IMG/VR virus record: IMGVR_UViG_3300042503_000983
Coordinates: 8,943-72,942 of that record
From: a virus
Length of the DNA: 64,000 nucleotides
Reading direction: 5' to 3' (one strand)
The notes below the pieces were generated by a model, which worked only from the letters and a program-made list of their open reading frames with translations, did not search any database and was not told where the DNA came from. This document shows positions 19,839 to 30,461 of this stretch, in pieces. The position numbers and the translations under genes are program-made. Each line of letters starts with the position of its first letter. Within the stretch, counting starts at the first letter, position 1.

Positions 19839-20351
19839 ATGTCACAGCCACAGGATAAAATAAATCCTTGTAAAAAAATATTCTTTTTAAATGGGGATCT
19901 AATAAAAGTATTTCATATTAATAAAAGTAGCAATATTGTAAACTTTTTTAATGTAACTCAGGATAAGGAACAAAGTATGCTATATTCTGATTTTAAGAAA
20001 CATAGAAAAAGGGCTTACACGATAGCAAATACTGCAAGACTTTTAAATAGATCAAGAGTTCAGTTTCAAAGAATTATTGCTAATGGCTTGATTCCTGAAC
20101 CTATAGGTGATAGTATTGGTGGAGAAAGAGGTTTTCAAATTAATGCTTATTATTCTGAAGACCATGTGTTTGAAATTAGAGAAATTATGACAACAGTTCA
20201 TGGTGGTAGACCTAGAAAAGATGGTAGGATTACCCCTAGAAACGTACTAACAGAGCAAGACTTGCGTTCCAGAATGGGAGATGCTATAATGCTTTATACG
20301 AAGACATCGGATGGGCGTTTCATTCCGACTTGGCAAGAAGAGACATGGTAG
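19839..20351 (+). CDS. HTH (MerR-like) DNA-binding protein
   Basis: YTIANTARLLNRSRVQFQRIIANGLIP helix-turn-helix pattern. Confidence 0.55.
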   Translation: MSQPQDKINPCKKIFFLNGDLIKVFHINKSSNIVNFFNVTQDKEQSMLYSDFKKHRKRAYTIANTARLLNRSRVQFQRIIANGLIPEPIGDSIGGERGFQINAYYSEDHVFEIREIMTTVHGGRPRKDGRITPRNVLTEQDLRSRMGDAIMLYTKTSDGRFIPTWQEETW

Positions 20352-20360
20352 GAGACCAAA

Positions 20361-20564
20361 ATGTCAGAAACAACAAATGTTTCAGTAACACTAGGATATA
20401 CACTTAATCTTGGAAATTTTCAAAGTCTAAGAATTGATATTGGAATTACAGATTTTGTTCGTAGTGGAGAAAATACAGATCAGGCTCTTGATAGAGTATA
20501 TGAGTTTGTAGAAAATAAAGTAATTCAAAAGGTTGAAGAAGCTAAGAAAGAACTAGAGGACTAG
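20361..20564 (+). CDS. Hypothetical phage protein
   Basis: TLNLGNFQSLRIDIG motif; AGGAG RBS. Confidence 0.6.
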   Translation: MSETTNVSVTLGYTLNLGNFQSLRIDIGITDFVRSGENTDQALDRVYEFVENKVIQKVEEAKKELED

Positions 20565-20872
20565 TGGCGGATAAGAAAGATCGCTTTGCACTAATATCTA
20601 GATATAAGAAATTACTTAAAGAAAAAAACTTAAACGAAGAAAACATCAACATTCACATCCAGCAGTGGGCTGCAGACTCGTTGATCGAATCATACGGTAT
20701 AGAGCAAAGTTATGATCTGATTGAATACTATGTCAGTGTGTCTGCATCCCCAACTTGGAAATGGTTAGTAAATAATGCTGATAAAGTTTATGATGCAAAA
20801 AGAATTAAAGAAGAGGATCTTGCAACAAGAAAGTTGTTAAGAGAACAAGCAAAGGAATGGCTAAATAGGTAA
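20564..20872 (+). CDS. Hypothetical protein (possible helicase partner)
   Basis: Translationally coupled to dnaB. Confidence 0.5.
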   Translation: MADKKDRFALISRYKKLLKEKNLNEENINIHIQQWAADSLIESYGIEQSYDLIEYYVSVSASPTWKWLVNNADKVYDAKRIKEEDLATRKLLREQAKEWLNR

Positions 20873-22086
20873 TGTCTGATTTAGAAGCAAAGGTACTATC
20901 TGCAGTTTTAAATGATAAGCAAATTCATGTGCTGTTTCAGGCAAACCCAGATACTTTGTTTAGAACTCATAAAGACGTATGGGACTTTATAAAAAATTAT
21001 TATGAGCAAAACTCTACAGTTCCAACACAGTCCCTTTTGGTAGAAAAGTTTAGAGACTTTCATCCTGTAGGAGAAATTGGCACAACAAAGCATCACCTAG
21101 AAGAGTTAAGAACTCAATTTTTAGAAGACCATTTAAGAAATGCACTAATGACCAGTGCAAAGCAATTGAATGAGCATCAGCCAATCGAAGCTCTTAATTC
21201 AATAATTTCAAAAACATCAGACCTTAAAAGAATCAGCTCTGATGTAAGAGATATTGATGCAACAGATGTAGAAGATGCTTCTGCACACTTTATACACATT
21301 AAGGAGTTAAGTGAAAAAGGCATACATGGTGTTAGAACAAATCTTGCAGGTTTTGATAACTACTTACCTGGTGGTATTGCTCCTGGTCAGTTTGGTATTC
21401 TCCTTGCTTATCCTGCCATTGGTAAGTCTTGGCTCGCTATTTTTATGGCTGTACAGGCGTGGAAGGCTGGGAAAAAGCCACTAATAGTTTCTCTTGAAAT
21501 GACAGAAAAAGAAGTAAGAAATCGTGTCTATACAATTATGGCTGAAGGATATTTTTCACACAGAAAATTAAGTGCAGGTATGATTGATATTGAAGGATTT
21601 GAAAATTGGGCTAAGCAAAATTTAAAAGACAAGCCACCATTCTATATTATTTCTAATGATGGTCTTGCAGACGTTTCTCCCTCTGTTATTAGAGGAAAGA
21701 TAGATCAGTATTCCCCAGATGTAGTATTTGTTGATTACATTCAGCTAATGAATTCAAATCAAGGAAATGATAATGAGGTTGTAAAGATTAAGAATATCTC
21801 TAGAGAGTTAAAGGTTCTTGCAATTTCTTCTCAAGTTCCAATTGTTGCAATTGCCTCTGCTACACCTGACGATGCAACTGACATGAATAGCGTTCCCTCA
21901 CTTGGTCAAGTTGCCTGGTCAAAGCAGTTAGCATATGATGCTGACTGGGTTTTGGCACTTGGTCGTGCTACTGGAAGCACAATTCTAGAATGCATCTTTA
22001 GAAAAAATCGCCATGGATTCTGTGGAGAATTTATGGTAGATATTGACTTTGACTCAGGTCGCTTTATTTACAAGGATTTTGAATAA
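20872..22086 (+). CDS. dnaB: Replicative DnaB-like helicase
   Basis: Walker A AYPAIGKS, SLEM, VFVDYIQLM, KNRHG. Confidence 0.92.
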   Translation: MSDLEAKVLSAVLNDKQIHVLFQANPDTLFRTHKDVWDFIKNYYEQNSTVPTQSLLVEKFRDFHPVGEIGTTKHHLEELRTQFLEDHLRNALMTSAKQLNEHQPIEALNSIISKTSDLKRISSDVRDIDATDVEDASAHFIHIKELSEKGIHGVRTNLAGFDNYLPGGIAPGQFGILLAYPAIGKSWLAIFMAVQAWKAGKKPLIVSLEMTEKEVRNRVYTIMAEGYFSHRKLSAGMIDIEGFENWAKQNLKDKPPFYIISNDGLADVSPSVIRGKIDQYSPDVVFVDYIQLMNSNQGNDNEVVKIKNISRELKVLAISSQVPIVAIASATPDDATDMNSVPSLGQVAWSKQLAYDADWVLALGRATGSTILECIFRKNRHGFCGEFMVDIDFDSGRFIYKDFE

Positions 22087-22118
22087 AAGTAGTTAATTTC
22101 ATTGATATAATTGATAGT

Positions 22119-22430
22119 ATGTACGCTCATAAGTCAATAAAAAGATTTAGCCTTGATGGTGAAATTTATGATGATTCCCATATTGTAAGGCTAAAAGAGC
22201 AGTACTACAACATGATTGTTGCTGGAATGAAATCTGATGGATATGTTCCAAGATATGACATTGACACAGACTTTACAATTAGTTATAATGGTAAGACGTT
22301 TAATTTTGAGATATCAATATATGGCGTATATGTAGGAAAGAGAACAGCAGAGTGTATATCAGGGATAGACAAAAACAAGCCAGTGATGGCTTCCTCTACT
22401 CAGAGGATCAAGTCAGAAGAAGTCTGCTAG
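22119..22430 (+). CDS. Hypothetical protein
   Basis: ORF starts 7 nt after a TGATATAAT -10 element (leaderless). Confidence 0.6.
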   Translation: MYAHKSIKRFSLDGEIYDDSHIVRLKEQYYNMIVAGMKSDGYVPRYDIDTDFTISYNGKTFNFEISIYGVYVGKRTAECISGIDKNKPVMASSTQRIKSEEVC

Positions 22431-23305
22431 CTGCAGGTATTGATGTAGTCTATGAAGTAGAATCTGACTTCATAATCTTTTGTCCCTATCATAATAATTA
22501 TAGATCTCCTGCTGCAGAAATTTCAAAAGAAAGCGGATTGTTTTATTGCTTTGGATGTCAAGAATCTCATTCTTTAATTGAAGTAGTTATGCATGTAACT
22601 AAAAGATCATATTTTGAATCTGCAAGAATGATTGATTCTAAATCAGAAAATGTTAATTTTATTGAAAGCATAGAAGCAAAGCTTAATAAGAAACCAGACT
22701 TTGTTGAATTTGATATTGAATTAGTTAAGAGGCTAAACACATCTGCACTTAATTCACAAAGAGCTGCAAGCTACTATCTTGGTAGGGGAATTACGAAAGA
22801 TAGTGTTGAAAAGTATCTGCTTGGATACTCTGAGTCTCAGGATATGGTTACTATTCCAGTACACTCTCCAGATGGAATGTGTCTGGGATTTGTTGGCAGG
22901 TCTATAGAAGGAAAAGAGTTTAAGAATACTCCAGGACTTCCAAAAGCTAAAACAATGTTTAATTTATTTAGAGCAAAAAGATTTGATAAGGTTTTTGTTG
23001 TAGAGTCATCCTTTGATGCAATACGCCTAGAACAGGCAGGAGCACACGCTGTAGCCACTTTGGGAGCTTCTGTGTCAGGTAAACAGAGGGAACTTTTAAA
23101 GCAGTATTTTAATAATGTAATTATTTTAGGAGATAACGATGATGCTGGAAGAGAGATGGCTAAAAAACTATCAAACATTTTGGGATCAAGTGCAATTAAT
23201 GCAAGTCTTCCAGAGTCAGTAAAAGATGTATCAGATTTATCAGATGAAGATCTAAAAAAGTTTGTGTCACAATTTGACGATCTAGTAGCAAATGTGTTAC
23301 AATAG
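22352..23305 (+). CDS. dnaG: DNA primase (CHC2 zinc finger + TOPRIM)
   Basis: CPYH...FYCFGC; VVESSFD; LGDNDDAG. Confidence 0.9.
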   Translation: MYIRDRQKQASDGFLYSEDQVRRSLLAAGIDVVYEVESDFIIFCPYHNNYRSPAAEISKESGLFYCFGCQESHSLIEVVMHVTKRSYFESARMIDSKSENVNFIESIEAKLNKKPDFVEFDIELVKRLNTSALNSQRAASYYLGRGITKDSVEKYLLGYSESQDMVTIPVHSPDGMCLGFVGRSIEGKEFKNTPGLPKAKTMFNLFRAKRFDKVFVVESSFDAIRLEQAGAHAVATLGASVSGKQRELLKQYFNNVIILGDNDDAGREMAKKLSNILGSSAINASLPESVKDVSDLSDEDLKKFVSQFDDLVANVLQ

Positions 23306-23347
23306 TAAAACTGTCCATGTATAGGACAAAATATTAGGAGAAATAGT

Positions 23348-23998
23348 ATGGCAATTGTAAAAGGGCTAAAGAATATCGAAGCAATGCTAGATAAGCCAAA
23401 ATTTGAAAATAACGGTCCACGAGTAACGTGGCTAAAACTAGAAGATAATCAGAGTGTATCCGTTCGTTTTGTTAACGAACTTGATGCAGACTCCCCAAGC
23501 TATGACGAAAAGAATGGTCTTGCCATTGTCGTTTCTGAGCACACAAATCCAAAGGACTATAAGCGTAAGGCAGCTTGTTCTGCTGAAAGTGAAGGTCGTT
23601 GCTTTGGTTGCGAAATGCACAGAAAAGACATGAAGGCTGGCTGGAGAGCACGTCTACGATTCTACATTAATGTTTTAGTTGATGATGGAGTTAACGATCC
23701 TTACATCGCTGTATGGAGCATGGGTGTGGCAAAGTCTGCAACTTTTGATACAATTCGTGAATACGTTCAAGACTCGCAAAGTCTTTCAAGCATGACATGG
23801 AAGCTAAAGCGAAATGGTAAGGGAACTGAAACAACCTATATTCTAATTCCAATTAAGCAGGATGAAGAAAAGTTTGATTGGTCTAAGCAAGAAATCCCAG
23901 ACCTTGAGGCAGTAGTAAGAGAAGTTCCTTACGCTGAGCAAGAGTCTTTCTATCTTGGCTTTGACAATCCATCCGTATCTACTTCTGTAGATTGGTAA
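23348..23998 (+). CDS. Phage single-stranded DNA-binding protein (gp32-like)
   Basis: Cys cluster, KRNGKGTETTY motif, acidic/aromatic tail, position between primase and polymerase. Confidence 0.6.
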   Translation: MAIVKGLKNIEAMLDKPKFENNGPRVTWLKLEDNQSVSVRFVNELDADSPSYDEKNGLAIVVSEHTNPKDYKRKAACSAESEGRCFGCEMHRKDMKAGWRARLRFYINVLVDDGVNDPYIAVWSMGVAKSATFDTIREYVQDSQSLSSMTWKLKRNGKGTETTYILIPIKQDEEKFDWSKQEIPDLEAVVREVPYAEQESFYLGFDNPSVSTSVDW

Positions 23999-24002
23999 TT
24001 GT

Positions 24003-24033
24003 GGTGGGGGAGAAGTACTCCCCCACCCTTTAT
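24003..24033 (+). terminator. Hairpin terminator
   Basis: GGTGGGGGAG-AAGTA-CTCCCCCACC followed by a T-rich tail. Confidence 0.65.
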
Positions 24034-24048
24034 AACTGAAAGGTTAAA

Positions 24049-27000
24049 ATGACTTACGTTCCACTACACGTTCACACACACTACTCTCTAATGGATGGTG
24101 TTGCAACTCCAGAAGAGTATGCAAAACGTGCTTCTGAAATTGGGCTATCAGCAATAGCAATAACTGACCATGGCGTTCTGTCTGGTCATAGACCTATGTA
24201 CAGGGCTGCAAAAGCAAATGGCATTAAACCAATTTTAGGAATTGAAGGATACATAACTGCAGACAGATTTGATAACAGAGATAAGTCTGAAAGAACAGAT
24301 CCCCTAGACATGGTATATAACCATATTGTTCTTCTTGCAAAAAATGACAAGGGTTTAGAAAATTTAAATAAACTTAATGAACTTGCTTGGACTGAAGGAT
24401 ATTATAGAAAGCCAAGAATTGACTTTGAAATCCTATCAAAGTATAAAGAGGGAATTATAGTTTTATCAGCATGTATGAGTGGACTTCTTGCAAAAGCAAT
24501 TGAGCATAAAGAATATGCTGCTGCTAAAAAACACATGACCTGGTTTAAAGAAACTTTTGGTGAAGATTTTTATGTAGAAGTTATGCCACATAACTCTGCA
24601 GAATTAAATAAAGAACTTCTTGAAATGGCTGATATCTATGATGTAAAGCCAGTAGTAACTCCTGACTGCCACCACTCTGATAAAAGCCAAAAGGTCATTC
24701 AAGAAATGATGCTACTTTTAAATACACACGCAAAGATTAATAAAGAATCTACTTTTGATAAGGCTTCAAAGATTGAAGACCCAATGAAAAGACTTGACTA
24801 TTTGTACGGTGAAGATAGAATAATGTCTTTTAGAAGTTTTGACATTCACTTACTTTCTTATGAAGAGATTAAATCAGCAATGCAACAACAAGGTATTAAG
24901 CGTGAAGACATTTATGAAAATACTGTTGAGATTTCAAATAAGGTAGAAGAGTATACTATTAAGAGTGGCTTAGACCTGCTTCCAATAAACGTTGAAGATC
25001 CAGATAACGAGCTGCTCGCACTTGCATCTAGAGGACTAGTCTTAAAAGGTTTGTCTGAAAACAAGGAGTACTTAGATAGATTAAATCTAGAACTTGATGT
25101 TATCAAGAGTAAAAACTTTTCACCATACTTTTTAGTTGTTCATAATATGCTTAACTGGGCAAAAGATCAGGGTATCATGGTGGGTCCAGGTCGTGGTTCA
25201 GCAGCAGGTTCTTTGGTTTGTTATGCGTTGGGAATTACAGAAATTGATCCAATTGAATACGGTCTTTTGTTTTTCCGTTTTATTAATCCAGATAGAGATG
25301 ACTTCCCTGATATTGATTCTGATATTGCAGATGATAGAAGAGATGAAGTAAAAGCATATCTTGAACGTGAATATAAAAACGTTGCATCCATTGCTACATT
25401 CCTTGCATTTAAAGATAAAGGTGTTGTTAGAGATGTTGCTAGAGCTTTCAACATTCCCCTTAATGATGTTAACAAGGTTCTTAAGGGTGTAGACAGTTGG
25501 GATGATTTTACAAGGTCAACCAATGCTCAATGGTTTAGAATGAAGTATCCTGAAATTGTTAAGTATGGAGAGCAACTGCGTGGAAGAATTCGTGGAACTG
25601 GAATTCATGCTGCAGGTGTGGTTACTGCAAAAGATTCAATCTTTAAATATGCCCCACTTGAAACAAGAATTGCACCAGGAAGCAAGGAAAGAATCCCTGT
25701 TGTTGCAGTTGATATGGAAGAGGCTGCAGAGATTGGACTAATTAAGCTTGATGTTTTGGGTCTCAAAACCCTAACTGTAATTGACCAAACTATTAAAACA
25801 ATTAAAGAACGTCACGGAATTGATATTGACTTAAAGAAAATACCCCTGAATGACAAGAAAGTCTTTGAGATGCTCTCTGAGGGTCGTACAAAGGGTGTCT
25901 TTCAATGTGAAGCAACTCCTTACACAAATCTATTAGTTAAAATGAGAGTTAATAATTTTGACGAACTAGTTGCATCAAATGCACTGGTTAGACCAGGTGC
26001 TATGAATACAATTGGAAAATCATATATTGCTCGTAAGCATGGCAGAGAGATGGTTGAATACATTCATCCCTCTATGAATGATTATCTAAAAGATACTTAT
26101 GGATGTGTTTTGTATCAAGAGCAAGTTATGCAAGCCTGTGTAGTTCTTGGTGAAATGACAATGGTTGAAGCTGACAAAGTTAGAAAAATTATTGGTAAGA
26201 AAAAAGATGCTAAAGAGTTTGACATATTTAAAGATAAGTTTGTTAAGAATGCAGAAAAGCATATTGGAATTAGAGCAAGTGATCTTTGGCACGACTTTGA
26301 AGCACACGCTGGGTATTCTTTTAATAAGTCTCACGCTGTTGCCTATTCCACACTTTCTTATTGGACTGCTTGGCTGAAGTATCATTACCCTATTGAGTTT
26401 ATGTTTTCATTGTTAAAGAGTGAAAAAGATAGTGACACCCGTACTGAATATTTAATTGAATCTAAACGCATGGGGCTATCTTTAAAACTTCCTCACATTA
26501 ATGAGTCTGACTCAGATTTTAAAATTGAAGGTAAGGGTATTAGATTTGGACTTGCTGCAATTAAGTGGCTTTCTGAAGGAGTAGCAACTAAGATTATTTC
26601 AGGCAGACCCTTTGAATCTAAAGAGCAGTTTAAAAAATTTGCAATGCAAAAAGGTAGTGGAATTAATTCAAGAGCAGTAGAGGCACTAGATCTTATTGGT
26701 GCTTTAACATTTGAAGATAACCCTAGAAATGAAGTTAAGGTAAGAGAAAATCTTTATGAATATCTAAATCTTCCAGAACTAAATACAAGTGTTCCACAAC
26801 ATTATTATGCATACATAGATCTTGTAGAAGACTTTGATGAGCAAGGTGTTTTTGTTTTGCTTGGTATTGCAAAGAACATTAAGCGTGGCAAGGGTTGGTC
26901 AAGAGTAGAGATCATGGACTCTACTGGTGTAATTGGAATATTTGATGATGAAGAGACTAAGATTGAGCCAGGAAGAACTTATCTAATCCTTGCAGGTGCA

Positions 27001-27318
27001 AATAGAATTTCTGAAGCTATTCCAATTGATGAATTAAAAGACCATAAGGAAAGTCCTCTTATAAAGTTTTTAAACTATAAGCAGATTCCATTTGCAAACG
27101 ATGAGCACTTTGTGCTATCATTTACTCCTAGAGTTACTAAGGCTGGAAAAAGAATGGCTAACATGATTGTTGCTGACAGTTCAAGAGAGATGACTGCTGC
27201 AATGGTGTTCCCAACAATGTTCTCTACTGGATATATGAAGTGTCAGCCTGGAAAAGTAGCAAAGATTAATTTTGGTGAAACAAAAGAAGGAACTATTACA
27301 TTGAAGGAAGTATTATAA
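24049..27318 (+). CDS. dnaE: DNA polymerase III alpha subunit
   Basis: PHP HVHTHYS/TDHG, GRGSAAGS, PDIDSD, KLDVLGL, FNKSH. Confidence 0.95.
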   Translation: MTYVPLHVHTHYSLMDGVATPEEYAKRASEIGLSAIAITDHGVLSGHRPMYRAAKANGIKPILGIEGYITADRFDNRDKSERTDPLDMVYNHIVLLAKNDKGLENLNKLNELAWTEGYYRKPRIDFEILSKYKEGIIVLSACMSGLLAKAIEHKEYAAAKKHMTWFKETFGEDFYVEVMPHNSAELNKELLEMADIYDVKPVVTPDCHHSDKSQKVIQEMMLLLNTHAKINKESTFDKASKIEDPMKRLDYLYGEDRIMSFRSFDIHLLSYEEIKSAMQQQGIKREDIYENTVEISNKVEEYTIKSGLDLLPINVEDPDNELLALASRGLVLKGLSENKEYLDRLNLELDVIKSKNFSPYFLVVHNMLNWAKDQGIMVGPGRGSAAGSLVCYALGITEIDPIEYGLLFFRFINPDRDDFPDIDSDIADDRRDEVKAYLEREYKNVASIATFLAFKDKGVVRDVARAFNIPLNDVNKVLKGVDSWDDFTRSTNAQWFRMKYPEIVKYGEQLRGRIRGTGIHAAGVVTAKDSIFKYAPLETRIAPGSKERIPVVAVDMEEAAEIGLIKLDVLGLKTLTVIDQTIKTIKERHGIDIDLKKIPLNDKKVFEMLSEGRTKGVFQCEATPYTNLLVKMRVNNFDELVASNALVRPGAMNTIGKSYIARKHGREMVEYIHPSMNDYLKDTYGCVLYQEQVMQACVVLGEMTMVEADKVRKIIGKKKDAKEFDIFKDKFVKNAEKHIGIRASDLWHDFEAHAGYSFNKSHAVAYSTLSYWTAWLKYHYPIEFMFSLLKSEKDSDTRTEYLIESKRMGLSLKLPHINESDSDFKIEGKGIRFGLAAIKWLSEGVATKIISGRPFESKEQFKKFAMQKGSGINSRAVEALDLIGALTFEDNPRNEVKVRENLYEYLNLPELNTSVPQHYYAYIDLVEDFDEQGVFVLLGIAKNIKRGKGWSRVEIMDSTGVIGIFDDEETKIEPGRTYLILAGANRISEAIPIDELKDHKESPLIKFLNYKQIPFANDEHFVLSFTPRVTKAGKRMANMIVADSSREMTAAMVFPTMFSTGYMKCQPGKVAKINFGETKEGTITLKEVL

Positions 27319-27645
27319 ATGGCTATCGTAATTGATGAATTTGCAGCAGTACTACATGCAAATGCAAGGGACAAGGGTTTTTGGGATGATAACAATGGAA
27401 CTATATTTTATCTAAAGCAACTTGCAATGGTGCACTCAGAAGTGTCTGAGGTGCTTGAGGCAATACGCAAGGAGAAGGGTGATGATCAAGTGGTAGAAGA
27501 ACTAGCTGACATCATTATTAGAGTCTTAGACTTGTATGCTGGTTTAGTTAGAGACGGATATACAGAATTGTCTCTCGAAGAGTCTTTAAAGAATAAGGCT
27601 AAAATAAATACAGAACGCCCAAAGATGCACGGTGTGCTAGCATGA
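27319..27645 (+). CDS. MazG-like NTP pyrophosphohydrolase
   Basis: HSEVSEVLEA...EELADIIIR. Confidence 0.8.
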   Translation: MAIVIDEFAAVLHANARDKGFWDDNNGTIFYLKQLAMVHSEVSEVLEAIRKEKGDDQVVEELADIIIRVLDLYAGLVRDGYTELSLEESLKNKAKINTERPKMHGVLA

Positions 27646-28655
27646 GTAAAATAGACCTAGATGATTTCTTATCTCAATTAGATCCAAAGTTGCGTAAAAA
27701 AATTACAAGTGGTAACACCATTGAAATAACTAAACAAAAGACCCCCAGTATTAGTTTAAACAATGCCCTTAAAGGTGGCTTTGGATATGGTCGTCAGGTT
27801 CTTATTTGGGGAAATAAGTCTGCAGGTAAATCTTCGTTCTGTTTGCAAATGATTGCTGATGCACAAAAGGATGGAAAGGTATGTGCCTGGATTGATGCAG
27901 AAGCATCCTTTGATCCAGAGTGGGCAAGAAAACTTGGAGTAGATGTTGACCAACTTATTTATTCAAATGCTAGAAGTATGAATGAAATGGTAGATGTTGG
28001 AGTCCAGTTAATGAAAGCTGGGGTAGACATTTTAATTGTTGATTCTATTTCTGCACTTCTTCCTGCTATATATTTTGAAAAAGATTCAGAAGAATTGAAA
28101 CAGTTAGAAAACACTAAGCAAATTGGTGCAGAGGCAAGAGACATGACGAATGCAGTAAAGATGCTAAACTATGCTAATAACAATGATAAGCCCACTCTTC
28201 TTGTTTTAATTTCTCAACAAAGAAATAACATTGGTGCAATGTTTGCATCACACCAGCCAACTGGAGGTCATGCCGTTAAATTCTTTAGTAGCACAATTGT
28301 TAAATTGTGGTCAAGTGAGTCTGACAATCAAGCGATCAAGGGAAAGATAGTTTCAGGAGATAAGGTTATCGAATCTAAGATTGGTCGTGTAGTTAACTGG
28401 CATGTTGATTTTAACAAAACTGGTCCAGCATTTGTTGCAGGTTCTTATGACTTCTATTTTGATGGAGAAGGTTCTATGGGGGTTGATAAGGTTGCAGACC
28501 TTGTTGATACTGCAGAGCTTGTGGGTGCAATTCAAAAGGGTGGTGCTTGGTATACTGTTGGAGAAGAAAGACTTCAGGGTAGGGCAAAAGTTATTGAATG
28601 GCTAAAAGAAGATCCCCAAAGAGTTTTAGACTTAGAAGCAAAACTAAATGTATAA
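27642..28655 (+). CDS. recA: RecA-like recombinase
   Basis: GNKSAGKS, WIDAE, IVDSISAL, GGHAVKF, GGAWY. Confidence 0.92.
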   Translation: MSKIDLDDFLSQLDPKLRKKITSGNTIEITKQKTPSISLNNALKGGFGYGRQVLIWGNKSAGKSSFCLQMIADAQKDGKVCAWIDAEASFDPEWARKLGVDVDQLIYSNARSMNEMVDVGVQLMKAGVDILIVDSISALLPAIYFEKDSEELKQLENTKQIGAEARDMTNAVKMLNYANNNDKPTLLVLISQQRNNIGAMFASHQPTGGHAVKFFSSTIVKLWSSESDNQAIKGKIVSGDKVIESKIGRVVNWHVDFNKTGPAFVAGSYDFYFDGEGSMGVDKVADLVDTAELVGAIQKGGAWYTVGEERLQGRAKVIEWLKEDPQRVLDLEAKLNV

Positions 28656-28803
28656 AAACTTTTCTGAATACAGGGGAAAATTCTCTTGCCACTCATGCAA
28701 ACAATTAGTGCTGATTGCAAGATTTTATAGCGAAGATATGAAGCTAACTTGGCTTTGTTCAAATAGACACATGTCTGAAGTTATTTTAACAAGGGGGGCA
28801 TAG
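28648..28803 (+). CDS. Small Cys/His protein (51 aa, not in ORF track)
   Basis: MYKNFSEYRGKFSCHSC...WLCSNRH; fills the gap and is coupled to both neighbours. Confidence 0.6.
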   Translation: MYKNFSEYRGKFSCHSCKQLVLIARFYSEDMKLTWLCSNRHMSEVILTRGA

Positions 28804-29102
28804 TGAGTGAACGTGCTGAGCTTAAAAGAGCAGGGCTAAAAGCTCACAAGAATTCTGGTAGAGGTGCTGTCAAAGCTGACGGTAGTGATGATGAATTTGT
28901 TGTAGATGTAAAAGAGTATAGTAAATCATTTTCTATTAGCCAAGATAACTGGGCTAAGATTGTTACTGATACTTTAAAAGTAGATAGATCAAAAAATCCA
29001 GCACTAATGTTAGTAATTGGTGAAGGTAATAAAAAAGTTAGACTTGCTGTTATTGAATGGGAAGTGTTTGAAGAATTGAGGAATAATGGAAACAACAGTT
29101 GA
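28803..29102 (+). CDS. Holliday junction resolvase-like PD-(D/E)xK nuclease
   Basis: NSGRG..KADG...VDVKE. Confidence 0.7.
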   Translation: MSERAELKRAGLKAHKNSGRGAVKADGSDDEFVVDVKEYSKSFSISQDNWAKIVTDTLKVDRSKNPALMLVIGEGNKKVRLAVIEWEVFEELRNNGNNS

Positions 29103-29403
29103 ATTATTAAATCAGGTAAATGGATTTAATGAAATATCTGAGCATATGCAAGATGAGGAATTAACTCAGACTCTTGCTCTTGTTGCAAAGCTTATTTCCA
29201 AGCCAGATGTTCCAGCATCAATTGGAGTAGAACTAATTGTAAAACTGCAAGCATACTCTGCTAAATTTGCAATGCTCGCTTCCTGGTATACTAATGTTAA
29301 GAAAGATGAAAGAGCAAAAAAGAATATATACTATTCAGCTAAAGAAGCAACGGATAGACTAGTGGATGCATTAAAATATGCAGTTAGGATTAACAATGGC
29401 TAA
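29086..29403 (+). CDS. Hypothetical helical protein
   Basis: ORF coupled within the operon. Confidence 0.55.
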   Translation: METTVELLNQVNGFNEISEHMQDEELTQTLALVAKLISKPDVPASIGVELIVKLQAYSAKFAMLASWYTNVKKDERAKKNIYYSAKEATDRLVDALKYAVRINNG

Positions 29404-30175
29404 AAGCCTTATTAACAAGTTGGTTGAAAAACCAAAGAAGAGTGAAGAGAATTTAATTGATAGTCAAGCAATTGTTGACAAGATTAAAGAAGGATATGCT
29501 TTACAAAGAAAGTCATCTTTTAAAAAGAGAGATAGCTTTACCCCATCAACGCTTACTTATGGTGCAGGTAAGTGTCCTAGATTTTGGTATTTATGGTTTG
29601 AAGGAAATGAATCTGATGTAAAGACAGACTGGTACTCAGTTGCAAACATGGACAGTGGTACGGATCGTCATGGTCGTATTGAAAAAGCCATGGAGTCTGC
29701 AGGTATCTTGGTAACAAATGAAGAGCGTTTGACTTATCAAGATCCTCCAATTTCTGGTAGAACAGATGCAATTATTAAGTGGAATGACATGGACATTCTT
29801 ACTGAAATTAAAACACTTAACGAAGATTCTTTTCATTATCTAAATGTAAAGGGGGAGGCAAGAAAGTATCACGTTGAACAGCTTCTTATCTATATGAAGA
29901 TTTTAAAGAAGAGCTTTGCTTTCCTTGTTTATGAATCAAAGAATAGCCATGAGCTTTCCATGTTCCCTGTTAAACTAAGTGAGCATTACAAAAACTTTAT
30001 AAACTACTTCTTTGATTGGATGAGAGAAGTTAAGAAAGCTTCTGACGATGGTCTTCTTCCTGAAAATCCTTATCGTTCTAACTCCAAGGTGTGCAAGGGT
30101 TGTGATTTTGAAACAGTTTGTCGCACAAAGCCAAAGGGTGATATTAAGATAGCTCCAAGGAAAGACCTTGAATAA
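29396..30175 (+). CDS. Cas4-like/PD-(D/E)xK exonuclease
   Basis: CPR, GRTD, EIKT, QLLIY, CKGCDFETVC Fe-S cysteines. Confidence 0.8.
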   Translation: MAKSLINKLVEKPKKSEENLIDSQAIVDKIKEGYALQRKSSFKKRDSFTPSTLTYGAGKCPRFWYLWFEGNESDVKTDWYSVANMDSGTDRHGRIEKAMESAGILVTNEERLTYQDPPISGRTDAIIKWNDMDILTEIKTLNEDSFHYLNVKGEARKYHVEQLLIYMKILKKSFAFLVYESKNSHELSMFPVKLSEHYKNFINYFFDWMREVKKASDDGLLPENPYRSNSKVCKGCDFETVCRTKPKGDIKIAPRKDLE

Positions 30176-30461
30176 ATTTTGTAAACTATGCGATAAACAA
30201 TTTGAAACAAATAATAAGAATCAAATATATTGCTGCTCTGATTGTAGATCTAATGCTACTAAGGAAAAAATTTTACAAAGGTATAAGGTTTCTAAAGTAA
30301 AGTCTCGTGCAAACAAATCAAGGAAATGTGCTGGTGGATGCGGTATTGATATTAGCATTTACAATGATGTTGGTTTTTGCAACATCTGCATGATGAGTAA
30401 GAAAAAACTTGATCAAGCTTTAAAAGATATAAAAGGACTTTTTGATTATGAGCAAAAGTAG
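30168..30461 (+). CDS. Cys-rich zinc-finger protein
   Basis: CKLC, YCCSDC, CAGGC, CNIC. Confidence 0.6.
   Translation: MNKFCKLCDKQFETNNKNQIYCCSDCRSNATKEKILQRYKVSKVKSRANKSRKCAGGCGIDISIYNDVGFCNICMMSKKKLDQALKDIKGLFDYEQK

Noticed and set aside
29396-30175. Cas4-like gene as evidence of a CRISPR system
   Set aside because: Stand-alone Cas4-like nucleases are common in phage recombination modules; no array seen
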